From NCBI GenBank assembly GCA_016748015.1, contig JAAOMT010000553.1, positions 62,001 to 126,000 of the forward strand: DNA of 64,000 bases, given 5' to 3'. Below, one piece after another: positions 13,755 through 27,600 of this stretch (positions within the stretch are counted from its first letter, which is position 1; every line of letters begins with the position of its first letter). The DNA is from Geosiphon pyriformis uo1. Lineage: Eukaryota; Fungi; Glomeromycota. The translations under genes were made by a program, and so were the position numbers. The notes beneath the pieces are model-generated. The model worked only from the letters and a program-made list of their open reading frames with translations, was not told the DNA's origin and searched no databases.

Positions 13755-14450
13755 ATGTTAGCTTTAAAAACAATACCCAAATTATCCATTACTGTTACTG
13801 GAAACCACATTAATTATATCCAAACAGAAGTAGTTACAAATTTAGTCCCAAATTCACAAAAATATCACCCGTATAAAAAGAACACAAGAAGTTATACTGG
13901 AATTCACCTGCCAGAACTTTTAAAGCTTGCTTTAAGAGAAAATCTAATGCTCACTCCGATTAGTATTCTACCAAATGCTACAATTCAACAAAGACTTCAA
14001 CTGTGTCTCAATGAGGAAAACACTGAATATCCTCCAATCTATAGATATTTTCACATTGGAAAAACACTCTACAAACAGAAACTGGAATTTACAACAGCAA
14101 ACCTCACAAAAAAAGCTATTCAGAAACAACTCCACAATGAATTTAAGACAACAGCTGGATCAACAAACAGTCGCTACAGGCTCAGAGCTGCTCTTAGACT
14201 TTATGACCTATTCCACACCTGTGAAAATGTACTACAAAACCCAATTTTTCAACCTTTGAAGATTCAATATATTGGAAAGCTCACAGAACTGAAATTTCAA
14301 CAATTTTCAGACCAAATTTCTTCAATAATTTTGGATTATTATCTGGAAATAACAAACAGTACTTGGACTTTGACAGAGCTCAGTCTTAAGAAGGAGGTTA
14401 TGTTACCAGACAAAATTAGAAATATCATTGAGCATGAAACTATCTTATAA
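13755..14450 (+). CDS. Accessory ORF3 of the family A element in the env position, 231 aa, unknown function; runs into the 3' LTR
   Basis: Open ORF between IN and the PPT. A probable ancestral ATG lies in frame at 13713, separated by one TAA (likely from CAA). A degenerate homologue sits at the same position in family B. Confidence 0.65.
   Translation: MLALKTIPKLSITVTGNHINYIQTEVVTNLVPNSQKYHPYKKNTRSYTGIHLPELLKLALRENLMLTPISILPNATIQQRLQLCLNEENTEYPPIYRYFHIGKTLYKQKLEFTTANLTKKAIQKQLHNEFKTTAGSTNSRYRLRAALRLYDLFHTCENVLQNPIFQPLKIQYIGKLTELKFQQFSDQISSIILDYYLEITNSTWTLTELSLKKEVMLPDKIRNIIEHETIL
14388..14398 (+). other. Polypurine tract AAGAAGGAGG(T)
   Basis: Purine run immediately upstream of the 3' LTR. 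Confidence 0.8.
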
Positions 14451-15380
14451 TTCCTATCATTAATTAGCATATATTATCGTTTCAAATTATCACTTATTAC
14501 ATTAGCAAAAATGTCCGAAATTATCATTTAATTAATAACCCAAATTGTACACAACACAAATGTAACCTAATTGCGATGATCAATCATGCAATATCCCGAA
14601 CTATATAACATTCAAAAGTTCGCCAAAATTTATAGAAATTTGCCGAAATAATTGATAGTTTACCGAAATATCTAATAGTTTGCAGAAATAACTTGTAGTT
14701 CGCCGAAATGTATCTTTAGTTCAGCAAAATTGTAAAAAATAGCAAAGTTCAAGTTTATAAAATAGTGTTACGACAAGTTGTATAAAAAGAAGAGCTTCTC
14801 TCTTCAAGAAAATGTATCTTACTTTAGATTTATTACTTAGAACTATTCTTACACACACAAAAAGAAATAAATATCAAATAATTTAAAAAACCAAATTTTT
14901 TAATTATTGCACTTGGAAAATCCTCAAAACCCAACTAAAGTTTTGAAATTGATTAGCTACCAATTTCAATAATCTGTTAGTGATTCCAAGTCTGGATTGA
15001 AAACGTTTCTCTTGACAGAATTTCATTTCTTTTACATCTTTTTATTTTTTTCTTTTATTTTTTTACTATAATCATTAGAGTAGTCTACAGACAAGATTTC
15101 TGTAGAAGAATTGACTTTCACAGCAAAGTAACTATACATTTTAGTGAGCTTCCAGATGAGCAATTCCTGGGAAAGAGTTGACATTTACTACAATGTAACT
15201 ACATAAAGTAACTGGCACAGAATTGGCCATTCCACTTATAAGCTTAGCAATTCAAATTATAGGAGATAATTTGAAGATAAATTCAGTTACTGGAGGTTCA
15301 ACCACATCCAGAAAATGTGAATTCACAGCAAACAAGCATTGACAACATTTAAGAAAAGAGACCAAAAACCTCTGGTAACA
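14401..15380 (+). repeat. 3' LTR of the family A element (980 bp)
   Basis: Direct repeat of 5642-6621. Confidence 0.96.
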
Positions 15381-15544
15381 CCAACTATTATTTGTTAATC
15401 CAAGATAGGTGTGATAGTGTTGAAATAAGAATTTTGTGAATCTCAAATGGTTTGTTCTTGTTTTTTTGGATTCTGCTACTGTTTCAGATGGGTGTTTGTT
15501 GGTGCCAGTTCTCTGTAAGATTATATTTCACAAAGAGCACCAAA

Positions 15545-16409
15545 TATTACAAGTAATTATTTGGGGTCTCAATACAAATAACAAATCTGTAACTTAGTGC
15601 TCAATTGATATAATGATAGATGTTGGTTTCTGAAGGTTTTCATGATTTGAAGGTTTTGGTTGATCTGAAGGTTTTTGTTGTGGAGTTTTTTGTATAATAG
15701 ACAGAGATTCAGTAGTAATTGTAGTAGTTTTTTTTAATTGTAATTCTGCCCAATTTCTTTCTCAGCTTGGTGGCCAGATTTATTCTGGCATTTATGTCTT
15801 TCTGGTAAGCTATCTGTTAATATATATGTAATTTTACTCTTATTTTTAGGTCTTTTACCAGGCTATTCTTGATGTCAATAATTTAGTACTTAATCTTCAA
15901 TCAATTAGTAAAACAAAAAAGAAATAATGAAAGAAAATAAAAGAAAATAAAAGAAGATAAAGAAATAAGCCAAGACAATTACAAGTTAGTATCCCATCAA
16001 TAGCCGTGATTAAGAACTATTGTTTTAGTATAGTTAAGTATCAATTATTATCAACATGAAGTATTAATAATGAAGAATAGATTTGAGATAGTGAATAGTG
16101 ATTTATTGATAGTGGTATATAAAAAGATTGCTTAGATTAAATTTAAATTAAGAGGTCTGTCTTTTTTGCTTCTAATGCTACTGTTATATATACCTAATTT
16201 ATGTTCTACAAGATCATTCATATTTTCAAGTAATGTGCTATGATTTCTTGAACAATGTGCCCTAATTTTCTAATATTGCTTTATATTGCTGAGCAATGTG
16301 CTGTAATTTTTGATATTGTTCTATATTCTTGAGCAATATGCTCATATGCTAACTACTATTCCCTTATTGGTCTACTATTTTTCTATATCTGTTTTCTTTA
16401 TGAGTAATA
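15545..16409 (-). repeat. 5' LTR of family B copy 1
   Basis: Termini TATTACA...GAGTAATA (mutated TGTTAC/GTAACA), adjacent PBS, and homology to the other family B LTRs. Confidence 0.85.
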
Positions 16410-19400
16410 ATGACTACTTGTCAGTAACCACTATCTAAATCTAATATCAAGAACTATTTCTTTCTTCTAATAGCATCAAATAATTCCTGAATCCATGGAG
16501 TTAGATAACTGTCTCTACGAGTTACATCATTAAGTTTTTTGTAATTCACACAAAAGTAGATTTTCCCATTTTTTTTACAGACTAGTATCATTGGTGATAA
16601 CCATGGGCTTATTAATGGCTGAATTAGTCCATTGTCTAGCATCCAATTAATTTCTTGATAAATAATCTCATAACTGGCTAGTGGTATTCAGTATGCTTTT
16701 TGTTTGGTTAACATTACATCTCCCATTTTGATTTGGTATTAGATAATGTCAGTTCTGCCAAACTCATTTTTACTGACAAAATGTTGTTGAAGTTGTTAAG
16801 CAATATCTTAAGTTGCATATGTTGAAGTGGGTCTAGATTTTCCAAGTTTATTTGTTTCAATTGTTTTGGTTAGAGCAAATAGCATTCACTTCATTTGTAG
16901 ATTGTTTGTGATGTGATATCAACATATTCACAAAGCTGTAGAAAGTTTGGAATGGGGTTTAGTAATTGGCTTTCAATTTTAGTGCTCAAGTATCCAATGA
17001 TAGTTCCTTTTAGTATTTTTATGATGTCTCCTGTGTTGTTGTAAATGGAAATTTTGATGTTTCTATAGTTTTTGGCTGGTATGTGTAGATTAACCAATCC
17101 AATTTTTTTTGTTTCACACAGTATTGGTTTTGCTTTGAAAATTTGGGCTTGATCTCTCATTTTCTTTTTTATGACTAACATGTACTAGTTATATAGTGGA
17201 ATAAAAATTGATTGATGGTTGAAAATAATTTTTCTCTTGTCAATAACTTTTTCTTCTGCTATGTTGACTGGTACATCTATTCTATCTATTGATCTGAATC
17301 CACTAATCTCTCTAGCTGTAATTCTTAATTCTTCCTAGTTTTTTACTAATACTAACTATGTTACTTTGACCAGAAGCAGAAATATTGTCTGTGCTATCTT
17401 TTCATTTGGCTTTATAATGTAGGCTTTTTCTGAATCATTTTGTAGCATAGCAATAATATTTTCTACATATTCTATGTCAATTATTCTTCTTCTGATATTG
17501 ATCCCTTTTTTCACTAAACTACTTCTGGATACTAACTGAACTATTGTTATTGCTGGAATTTCTATGGCTACTTTCAGATCAATGCATATACATAAATGTG
17601 GTTCTAATTTGATGACATTTTTTCTTGGATACCTCAAATCAAACTCTGCATTAGTATTATGTATACGTTCTGGCATAATACTTTCATTATTATCACTAAA
17701 CCATTTCAATTTTTGCTTTTTGGTAAGATTAGGGAATACAATGTATTGTTTGGGATTTGAATTGGAGTTCAAATTATTGTTGTTTTCATTGCCATTTTAA
17801 ACAGAGCTGGAATTATTGTTTTCATTGTCATTGTTGTCAGGATTTAAATTGGGATTGAAAATTGATTCTGATTCTGATGCACAACTGCTGATTGGTTTTT
17901 TTTCTTCTGGGATCATGTAAATCATGCATAATAGTGGATTGTAAATGAAGTCACACTTATTACAATATTGAAAGTCATAGAAAATTAAGCAGTATTGGCA
18001 AAGTTGAGTGTTTAGCTGTTCTAGACACTGCTTCTGTTCTTTTCAGGTGAGTGCTAAGTTCTGGTAATGTTTGTGGAAATGCTTTGAATCATTTTTGATG
18101 TTATCAAAGATGTCAAAAGTAAGAATATATTCAGGTTCTAAAAACAAAAGTGGGTTGTTTTTAATTTTCAGCAGTTTACTGGATAAAGCTTTTTTAATTT
18201 TGATATTTGCCATTCTTCAGATCTCATGCTTGTCATGTGGGTAACCTTTCAGATGTCTGAGTGCTTGTTTTTAAGCATTATTAATCAAGATCCCTTTTCT
18301 TATCCAGTTATTTATAAGAATCATGTATTGACACATTTTATCACATGTTTCTTTTTGTCCAAAAATGTCATTTTATATTCCTTTGTTTGATAGAGTGGTT
18401 CTACATATGAAACAAGATTTATTGTCCTATTTTTCTTGCCTTTTTGGTCATCCAAAGTGTTTAAGAATGCATGAGTGGCAATAAAACTTTGTTCCAGTTT
18501 GCCATTCTTTATTATTGTCACAGCATGTGTCTATTGTAAACAATTTCTTGCCACAATCAACACATATAAGCTTGGGTCAATGATAATTTGTTTAATGAGT
18601 GGTGGAGTGTAGTGTATAAGTGGAGGTAGTGACTGTTATTGACTCTTTTTTTCTTTTCTTTCTTTTTCCTTTTTCCTCCCAAGTTAGAATTGGTGGTAGT
18701 TTATTGTAATTGTTGTCAGCCCATAAGACTTGATAGGCTTCCCAGGTAGGTTGCTTCTTTTTTTTTTTAACTTAATTACTGGTTTTTTATTGGTGGTGGT
18801 CTTGAAATATTCATATATTGCTGGTACTTGCATGTGTTGCCCATTTTGACTGAGTTGTAGTTCTTGGGTGTTCCAGTTAAGTACAGCATTAGTCTTAGAC
18901 AGCCAGTTATTACTAACTAGTGCTTGATACTGAGTGGCTTTTATGATGAGAACTTTGATTGGCATGATGATGTCACTGACTTCAAAAAAGAAGTCATTGA
19001 TTTTACTTATTGAGAGTTTTTGTTGTTCCATTAGTGGTAATTATTCATGCACTGGCAGCACAATTAACTCAGTAACCTAATTAATCCATGAGTTGTCAGA
19101 TGATAATACTGCCAGCTGACCCACTGTCTAGAATCAGTTTGATGGACTGACTATTTACTTTAGCATCAGTATATATTGCAGTAATGAGTTTTAATTTTAG
19201 GACAGTTCTACTGAATAGTGGTGTTTCAACTGATTTCTCAAGTTCAAAGAGAAAAATAATAATAAGTGATTCATTTTCAGTAATGGTTGCTGGTAGAATA
19301 TTACTAGTAAGTGGCTTTTGGTTGATTTCCAAGTGGTTGGATGTGGTGTCTTCTAAAGTAACTAATAGACTTAAATAGTTTTGGAAATTCAGGTTTTGGG

Positions 19401-20889
19401 TGTATCTAGTTCCTAAACTCTGCTGTTGTAATTCTGATAGTTGGTTTGAGGAATTGGAAATCAGTTAGTACATGACTATTGCTAATCTCCAGTTTTATTA
19501 GATATGGGTAATTCTCAGTTTTTGAATTCCTGTAACTAATGGAGCTGAGTCTGATGGCAGTAGTTGAATTTGTTGAAACTAATAGATTATTTGGGACTGT
19601 ATCTGATAGATAAGTTGTGGCTGTGGTTAATAAATTACAGATGCTGGAGGCTAATAAATTGGTGGTAAGTATATTTGCTGTATTATTGATGGGTAATTTG
19701 GTTGATATGGTTCTGAGTTTGATTGATATCTCGAAGTTTAAAACTGGCAATTGGGATTTTGATATTGATTTCCCAATCATTGGTTATTTAAGCAATAGTG
19801 GCAGTCAATTTGCAGATGTTTTTGTTTATCACAATAATGGTAAACACGCGTTTCCTGTTGCCACTGTTGATTGGTTGATGATGATGGATGTGATTGATTT
19901 TGGAAATAATTAAAGTTTCTTGAATTATTGCATCATTATAGAGGTTGATAAATGGTCTGATTGTTGTTAGCTAAATATCTCTCTAATTTTTAATTGATTG
20001 AATTACTGAATTGCTTTAATTTGGAATCCAAGTCAGATGATCCATTCATTACTAGATTTATGGCTTGGATGTAATTGGCTTCTAATTCAGCAGCTTCAAA
20101 ATTTCTGGCATGAGTGACTGCTGCTTGTAAATCTGCTGAATACAATAAGCATATATGTTGAAAGATACTACTGTGCAGGTCTTTAATAAACTGATTTAAG
20201 ATTTGTGGCATAGTCAAATAATCAGCTTAGATTATCTGAATTTGGTGCAAATTCCTGTGGAAGCATTTTAGATAAGTAGTGACTGCTTCAGTTTCTTCTT
20301 GCTTGATGGTAGTGAAGGTATTGACTAAACAGTTAATACTATTATTGTTGCTAAAATATTTTAAGAACTTAAGCTTAAATGTATTGAAATTTTGAGGTTT
20401 GTTGACCAAGCTTTGATACCATGAATTGGCAGTATTCTGAAAAAAATATGAAATGGCTTGTATGGCTCTGGTGTTATTCTATCTGTTGGCTGCAATGGCT
20501 TTTTCCACATTGTTCAGCCACACTTACATGTCATTTTCTTTGCTGGTAAACTTTTTAAGCTTGATAATAGGTGTGTATACCATTGGCACAATTGGTTGTT
20601 GTTATTGTACTAATGATTGTTAAAGTAGTATTGGTAGCTGTTGCTGTATTGGCTTAGCAATTAGGTCAATTGGTAGTTGATTGATCATAATTACTGAAGG
20701 TAAGTTTTGTTGATTAATAAGATCAGAGTTTAGATGGTGTTGATTTTTCTGAGATTGAATATTTGGAGTTTCAACTTTTGGGTTTTCTACAATTGGGTTG
20801 TGGTAATAAAATTTCTGATTGTTGTTTTTCTCTTTTTCCAATTCATTTATTTTCCAGGAACTCACTGACCTAAAATCTGGTTGAGACAA
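16410..20889 (-). mobile_element. Family B Ty3/Gypsy copy 2, internal fragment (gag to RT N-terminus); host of copies 1 and 3
   Basis: gag (19990-20889), protease LILDSGSAGS (19096-19332), dUTPase (17356-17772), RT start (16454-16642). Both ends are cut by LTRs of other copies. Confidence 0.88.
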
Positions 20890-21676
20890 TATTACAGGTG
20901 ATTATTTGGAATCTCAAATCAAATAACAAACTCATAACTTGGTGTTTAATTAATATAATAATGTTAGTTTCTAAAGGTTTTCATAATCTAAAGGTTTTGG
21001 TTGGGTTCTTTGTATAATGAACAGAGATTCAATGGTTTTTCTCAGTAGCCTCTTAAAATTGCAATTCCATTGAATTTCTTTCTTAGCATAATAACTAGTA
21101 ATCTAGCAGAAATGTCTTTCTGGTAAGCTATCCTTAAATTCTCAATGCTATATCCTTCCTTTGGGGTTTTTTACCAGGCTATTCTTAACATCAATAATTC
21201 AGTGCTTGCTTCTCAATCAATTAGTAAACACAAAAATAAAAATAAAATAAAATAAAGAAATAAAAAAAAGATAAATAAAATAAGCCAAGACAATTACAAA
21301 TTAGTATTCTGTCAATAGTCATGATTAAGAGCTATTGTTCTAGTGTGGTTAAGTATCAATTACTATCAACATAAAGTGTTAATAGTGGAGAATAGATTGA
21401 GATAGGGAATAATTATTTATTGAGGTTTGTAAACAGAAAGATTGCTTAGATCAAATCTAAACTGAAAAGTCTGTTTTTTCCATTTTCTAATACTACTACT
21501 ATATATACATAATTGAGATTCCTTAATTTCTCAATTTTTCACACCAGGAATCCTGGAATTTTGGAATCTTATACAAGAATCTTGAAATTCCTAGAATCCT
21601 GAAATTCCACATCTATTACAATTACTTCTAATTGGCTAATTTATGCTAATATACTTCCTATATTCTATAAGTAACA
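20890..21676 (-). repeat. 3' LTR of family B copy 3
   Basis: TATTACAGG...AGTAACA termini, followed on the + strand by a pyrimidine run (PPT on -). Confidence 0.85.
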
Positions 21677-24600
21677 TTATTTTTTCCTTTTAATATTAAG
21701 CTCTATTAAGATTTCCTAATTCTAATTCTCTGTCTTTGAGTATTTTTTGAACTTTTTTTTCAAGAATTACTTGTGTTATCTTGTTTTGTAATTTTTTAAA
21801 TTGGGCATTGGTTATTTTTCCCATTTAGTTAATGATAATGGAGTCTATTGCTAAATTGAGTAGGATTTTGGATCAGTTCTAAAATCCAATTTGTAATCAA
21901 TATATGGCTTGTGTTTGTGTAGTTAGATTGTTCTTTTTCACAAATTGTTCAAGTTGTTAATATCTTTGGATTGAATAATTGCTTTGTCTTATTCATATAT
22001 AAGTTTCAGATATTTATATGTTATTCCAAGTGGAAATAACAAAAGTTTCTTGGAAATTGTTGTATCCACCACTTTCAAGTTTTTTTAGTTACTTCTTGGT
22101 ATGAAGTGACACTTGTTGGCTCTTCTATTGTCAATTTTACTTTTAGCATTATTTTGTCGACAGTACTTTCTGGTTTCTTCTGTACTTTGTATTGGCATAT
22201 TTTTCTGGTATCTTAGTATTGAATGGTTTGTTGATTAATAATAATTTCCATATTCTGTTGTTAAATTAGTTGGAAGAGTTGTTGTGCCATTGTGTATATG
22301 TTGTTGGTAATTTTCTTTTTTTTTTGTTGCCTTTATTACATATACCATTTTTTTATATACTCTTTTGGTTGTTTAATTTGACATATTTGGTTCAATGATT
22401 ATAATTGGTTCCAGATCTTGTGAAATCTCATCTGGTTGGATTAATATTTTCTGTACTCTCAGTTGTAGAATATTACTGGTGGATGCTAATGCTATATTTT
22501 GATATAGTTTTAGTCAATCTCTATGTGCTGCTTTGGTTAAGATTTTGTTGTTTAATCTTAATTTATAAACTCCATTTTCTAGAATTTTTTCTATGTAAAA
22601 TGGTCTGTCTCATTTGGGGTCAAATTTTTTATTTTGGTATGATGTAAAAGTACTTTGTCTCCAATTCTGAATTCGACTGGTTTATCTGGTAATTGGTTAT
22701 CATGTTTTTTTTGTGACTTTTGGATGTTATTAGCTGCTCTTTGCCATTTGTTTTCTAGTGTTTCTATTAAGTTATATGTTTTTCTTAACAATGTCTTTTG
22801 AAAATTTTCTTCTGTTATTGGTTCTGTTGGATATGTTTTGACTTCTATCTTAACTAGTAATGTTGTTGTTCTACCATATATTAATTTAAATGGTGTTGCT
22901 TGTGTAGTGTTTTGCTTTGTTGTCTGATAAGCAAATAATACTAATAGTATGAACAAATCCCATTCTTTTTGATTTTCTTGGCTGATTTTGGCAATTGCTT
23001 TACACAATGTTCTATTGAATTTTTCGACCAATTTGTTGGTTTGTGAATAATATAGTGATAATATTAATCTTTTTATTTCAAATTTTTGATTTAATTCTGT
23101 TAATGTTCTATTCACAAAATGAGTTTCTTTGTCAAATAGTAATTCTTTTGGGCACCCATGTTGACAAATTAAATCTTGATAAATGAATTTGGCAATGGAT
23201 TCTGCATCTGCTCTTTGAATGGCTTTTACTTTTGGCCATTTTGTGAGATAGTCTATGACTATTGCAATATATCTGTTGTCTCTGCTGGTTATAGTTAATA
23301 GTCCAACTAAGTCAATTATAATGTGATTAAATGGTTGTCTTACTTTGATTGGTCTTAATGGCTTATTGAATTTTGTTCCTTTTTTTTCCTGACAAGCATC
23401 ACAATTTTAAATATATTAGATAATGTCTGGATACATTGATGGCCAATAGTATCTTTTTCTGATTTTTTCTATGGTTGCTTCTTTGTCAAAATGTCCTGCT
23501 GTTGGATCTGAATATATGTTGAATAATATTGTCTCTTTCTCTGATTTTGTAATTACTCTGGTTGATTGATCTGAATTTTTTTTGTTTTTCTGGTAAAGTA
23601 TATTTTAATGGTTAATAAAATATTTTGATTGTTGTTTTATGTTGTTTTATTCTTTTTGAGATAATTTTTTCTTGAACTGTTGAGTATTTATATAGTGCTG
23701 GAGTTGTTGATATTTTTGTATATTTATTTTTTGTTATATTTTTGGGTTGAAATGTTTTTAGATTTGTCTTATTCTCAACAAACCATTGGCATTTCCATTT
23801 TCTTTTTCTTTTTTGTAATGTACTGTATAATTAAATGGTAAAAGTTCTATTTTCTATTGGGATGGCAATTGTCTTCAAATTTTTGCTTCTGAATTAAAGT
23901 CAATCCTTTGTGATTAGTGTATACATCAAACTTTTGACTCAAGTATTATTTCTATTTGATAACAGCCCAATAGATAGCTAAGTGTTTTAATGCTAAAGTT
24001 CTATAGTTCTTTTCAGCTGGACTTAAGCTTCTGCTGGTGTAAGCTACTGGGTGTTCTCATCCATCCAGTTTTTTCTAAGATAGTACAGCTTTTAATGCTT
24101 GGCCAGATGCATTAGTAATAATGATGAATGGTTTGCTGTGATCTGGATAGATTAATACTAGGGCTTGAATAAGTTTTCTTCTCAGTGTGTTAAAGGCTTT
24201 TTGTTGGGTTTCAGTCCATTCATATTTGGTGTTCTTTGTTTAGAGTTGGTGTAGTGATTGAGTTATTTTGGAAAAGTCTTTGATAAAGCAGTAGTAGTAT
24301 CCAACAAATTTCAAGAATGTTCTTAATTTCATGAGATTATTTGGTACTGGAAAATTTTTAACAATCTCAATTTTATCTGGATCTGTTTTGATTCTGTTTT
24401 TGCTCACAACATGTCCCAAAAACTTGAGTTCAGTTTTTCCAAAGGAATACTTGGTTGTATTTAGTTTTAATCCAGCTCTTCTTAATCTTTCAAATACTTG
24501 TTGAAGATAATGCAAATGATTATCAAATGTTTTAGAGAACACCTTGATATCATCCAGATATACAACTACTGATTTCTATAGCAGTCTAGTATAGACAATT

Positions 24601-27600
24601 TTCATAAGCCATTGAAATATGGCAGGAGCATTCATTAAGCCAAATGATATAACTTCAAATTCAAAATTTTTTTCTCAAGTTGTAAAAGCCATTTTCTTCT
24701 TGTCTTTTGGTTTCATGGCTACTTGTTAATAACTACTGTTTAAGTCTAAAGTTGAAAACTATTTTTTTCTTCCAAAAGCATCAAACAGTTCTTGGATCTT
24801 TAGAGTTGGGTAATTATCTCTCTTAGTTACTCCATTAAGTTTCTAGTAATCTACACAAAAATGGATTTTTCTATTTTTTTTATGGACTAGTACCACTGGT
24901 GACGACCATGGGCTTATTGATGATTAAATTAATCCATTGTTCAACATCTAATTGATTTCTTGACAAATGATTTTGTGGTTAACTGGTGGTACTCAGTATG
25001 CTTTTTGTTTGATTGACATTGTGTCTCCAGTTTTGATCTGATACTGAATTATGTCAGTTCTGTCAAATTCATTTTCATTTGCAAAAATGGCAGTAAAGTT
25101 GTTGAGTAACATTTTGAGTTGCATATGCTGGAGTAAGTCTAAATTTTCCAGATTCATTTGTTCTAATTGTTCTAGTTGGAGCAAATAATATTTGTTCTGT
25201 CCATAGATTGTTTGTAATGTTATGTTGACATATTTACATAGTTGTAAATAGTCTAAAATGGGGTTTGGTGGTTGGTTTTTGATTTCAATGGTTAAATATC
25301 CAATGATGGTTCTTTCTGGTATCTCAATGATGTCTCTTATGTTGTTATAAATGGAAATTTTGATGTGACTATGGTTTTTTGCTGGTATGTGTAGATTAAC
25401 TAGTCCGATCTTTCTTGATTCACAAAATGTGGCTTTTGCTTTAAAAATTTGAACCTGATCTTTCACTTTTCTTTCTATGGCTAATATGTACTGGTCATAT
25501 AGTGGAATGGAAATTGATTAATGAGTGGAGATAATTTCTCCTTTGTTAATAACTTCTTCTTCTGCCATATTAACTGGTATATCTATTCTATTTATTGATC
25601 TGAATTTTTGTATCCCTCTAATTGTAATCTCTAATTTTTTTCTGTTTCCCACTAATACTAATTGAGCTATTTTAACCAGAGACAGGAATATTGTCTGTGC
25701 TATCTTTTTATTTGGTTCTATGATATAGGTCTTTTTTGAGTCATTTTGTAGCATTGCAATAATATTTCTCACATATTCTGTGTTAATTATTCTTTTTTTG
25801 ATGTTGATTCCTTTTTTTGCTAAACTATTCCTAGATGTTAATTGAACTATTGTTGTTGCTAGAATTTCCAGTGCTATTTTGAGATCAATGCAAGTATGTG
25901 AATGTGATTCCAATTTAATGGTATTTTTTCTGGGATATCTCAGATTAAACTCTGCATTGGTATCATGCACATGTTCTGACATAATATCTTTATTATTATT
26001 ACTAAACCATTTAAGTTTCTGTTTTTTGATGAGGTCAGAAAGCACAATATATTGTTCTGGGTTTGAATCTGAATTCGAATTGTTGTCATTGCTATTGCCA
26101 ATTTTAACAGAGCTGGAACTGTTATTATTGTCATCATTGTTGTCAAAGTTTGAATCGGGATTGAATCATAATTCTAATTCTAATATGCAGCTGCTAATTG
26201 GTTTATCTTCCTCTGGAATTATGTAGATTATGTGGGGTGGTAGATTGTAGATGAGATCACACTTATTACAATATTAGAAGTCACATAAAATCAAACAGTG
26301 ATTACATAATCAGATGTTTATTTCTTCTAAACACTGTTTCTGCTTTTCTTTTGTTGGTGCCAAATTTTGGTAATGCTTGTTAAATTCCTCTGAGCCTGTC
26401 TCAATGTCTAAAAATGCATTTGGATTGGGAATAAAGATAATGTCAACTAGTTCTGGAGAGTTGTTTTTTATCTCCAGAATCTCACTGGGCAAAGCATCTT
26501 TTACTTTGGCACTGGCCATTTGCCAGATCTTGTCTTCATTATGTGGATGACTGTCCAAGCAAGAGATTACTTGGTGCCAGATGGCAGTAATAAGTGTGCC
26601 ATGACTGACCCAGTTGCTTATAAGAATTATGTATTGGCACAAAGCATCACATATTCCTCCTCATCCAGGAATGTTGTTCTACATTTTTTTGTTCAATAGT
26701 TGTTTGCCACAAGCAAGACATGGTTTGTTGTCCTACTTGCCTTGTTTTTTAGGATAACCATAGCATTTGCAGTGGCATGATTTGCAGTAGTAATGGGTTT
26801 GTATTCAGTAATCTTCATCTGACATGACCCAAGCTCTTATGAAAGACAGTTTCTTCTTGTAGTCTTTGCACTTAAGGGGAATATGAGGTGGTTCTGGCCT
26901 GGTATCTGTGGAGTATGAACTTCCCTAACTGCTAGTTTCCATGGTGTCATTGGTTTTTTTAGGTATGTTTTCTTCTTTTTTTTTCCCTTTTTCTTTGTCT
27001 TTTTTTTCTCAGTTTAGAATTGGTGATAGCTTGTTGTGGTTATTATTGGCCCAGAAAATTTGATAGGCTTTTCAGGTAGATTTTCCTTTTTCATTATCAA
27101 ACTTGATAAGAGGTGTTGATGGTGTAGTGATAGGTTTGAAGTGGCCGCATGTGGCTAGTACACATGTGTGTCAACTGTTCTGGCTAAGTTGAAGCTCCTG
27201 CATGTTTCAATCAAGTGTCACATTGGTTTTGGACAACCAGTTATTGCCAACAAGTGCTTAGTATTAAGTGGTTTCTATGACTAATACCTTAATTGGTATG
27301 ATGATGCCATTGACTTTTATGAGGAGATCATCAATTTTGCCAATTGGAGTTTTGGTCACTCTATTGGTTGTTATGATTTTGACGCTGACAGTACAATCAA
27401 CTTGACAACCTAATTGGTCCATGAGTTGTCATATAATAATGCTGTCTGCTAATTTACTATCTAATATGAGTTTGATGGAATGGTCATCAATTTTAACATT
27501 AGTGTATATGATAGTAATTGGTTTTTTTTCAAGTGTGACTTTACTGAACAAAGGTGTAAATAACAGTTCCTCAAGTTTAAATAGAAAAATTGCTACTAGT

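Larger units (their letters stand above)
5642..15380 (+). mobile_element. Full-length Ty3/Gypsy LTR retrotransposon, family A (LTR-gag-PR-Cys-rich-dUTPase-RT-RH-IN-ORF3-LTR), inactivated by stops
   Basis: Two 980-bp LTRs (TGTTACC...GGTAACA), PBS, PPT, and pol order PR-RT-RH-IN. 4-bp TSD CTAA/CCAA with one C>T; the empty-site homologue in another family B gag near 54750-54775 has a single CCAA. Confidence 0.96.
1..16409 (-). mobile_element. Degenerate Ty3/Gypsy LTR retrotransposon, family B copy 1 (5' LTR, PBS, gag, protease, Cys-rich region, dUTPase, RT); interrupted by the family A element; continues beyond the left window edge
   Basis: Minus-strand fragments: RT (FSKTFDDHLHY..LKFLGHVVS, 144-485), dUTPase-like (1623-1943), protease LILDSRSAGS (3343-3450), gag (about 4100-5640, resuming at 15381). 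PBS at 15529-15542 and 5' LTR at 15545-16409. Many stop codons. Confidence 0.9.

Noticed and set aside
13755-14450. Retroviral env gene
   Set aside because: No signal peptide, furin site or transmembrane anchor is visible.
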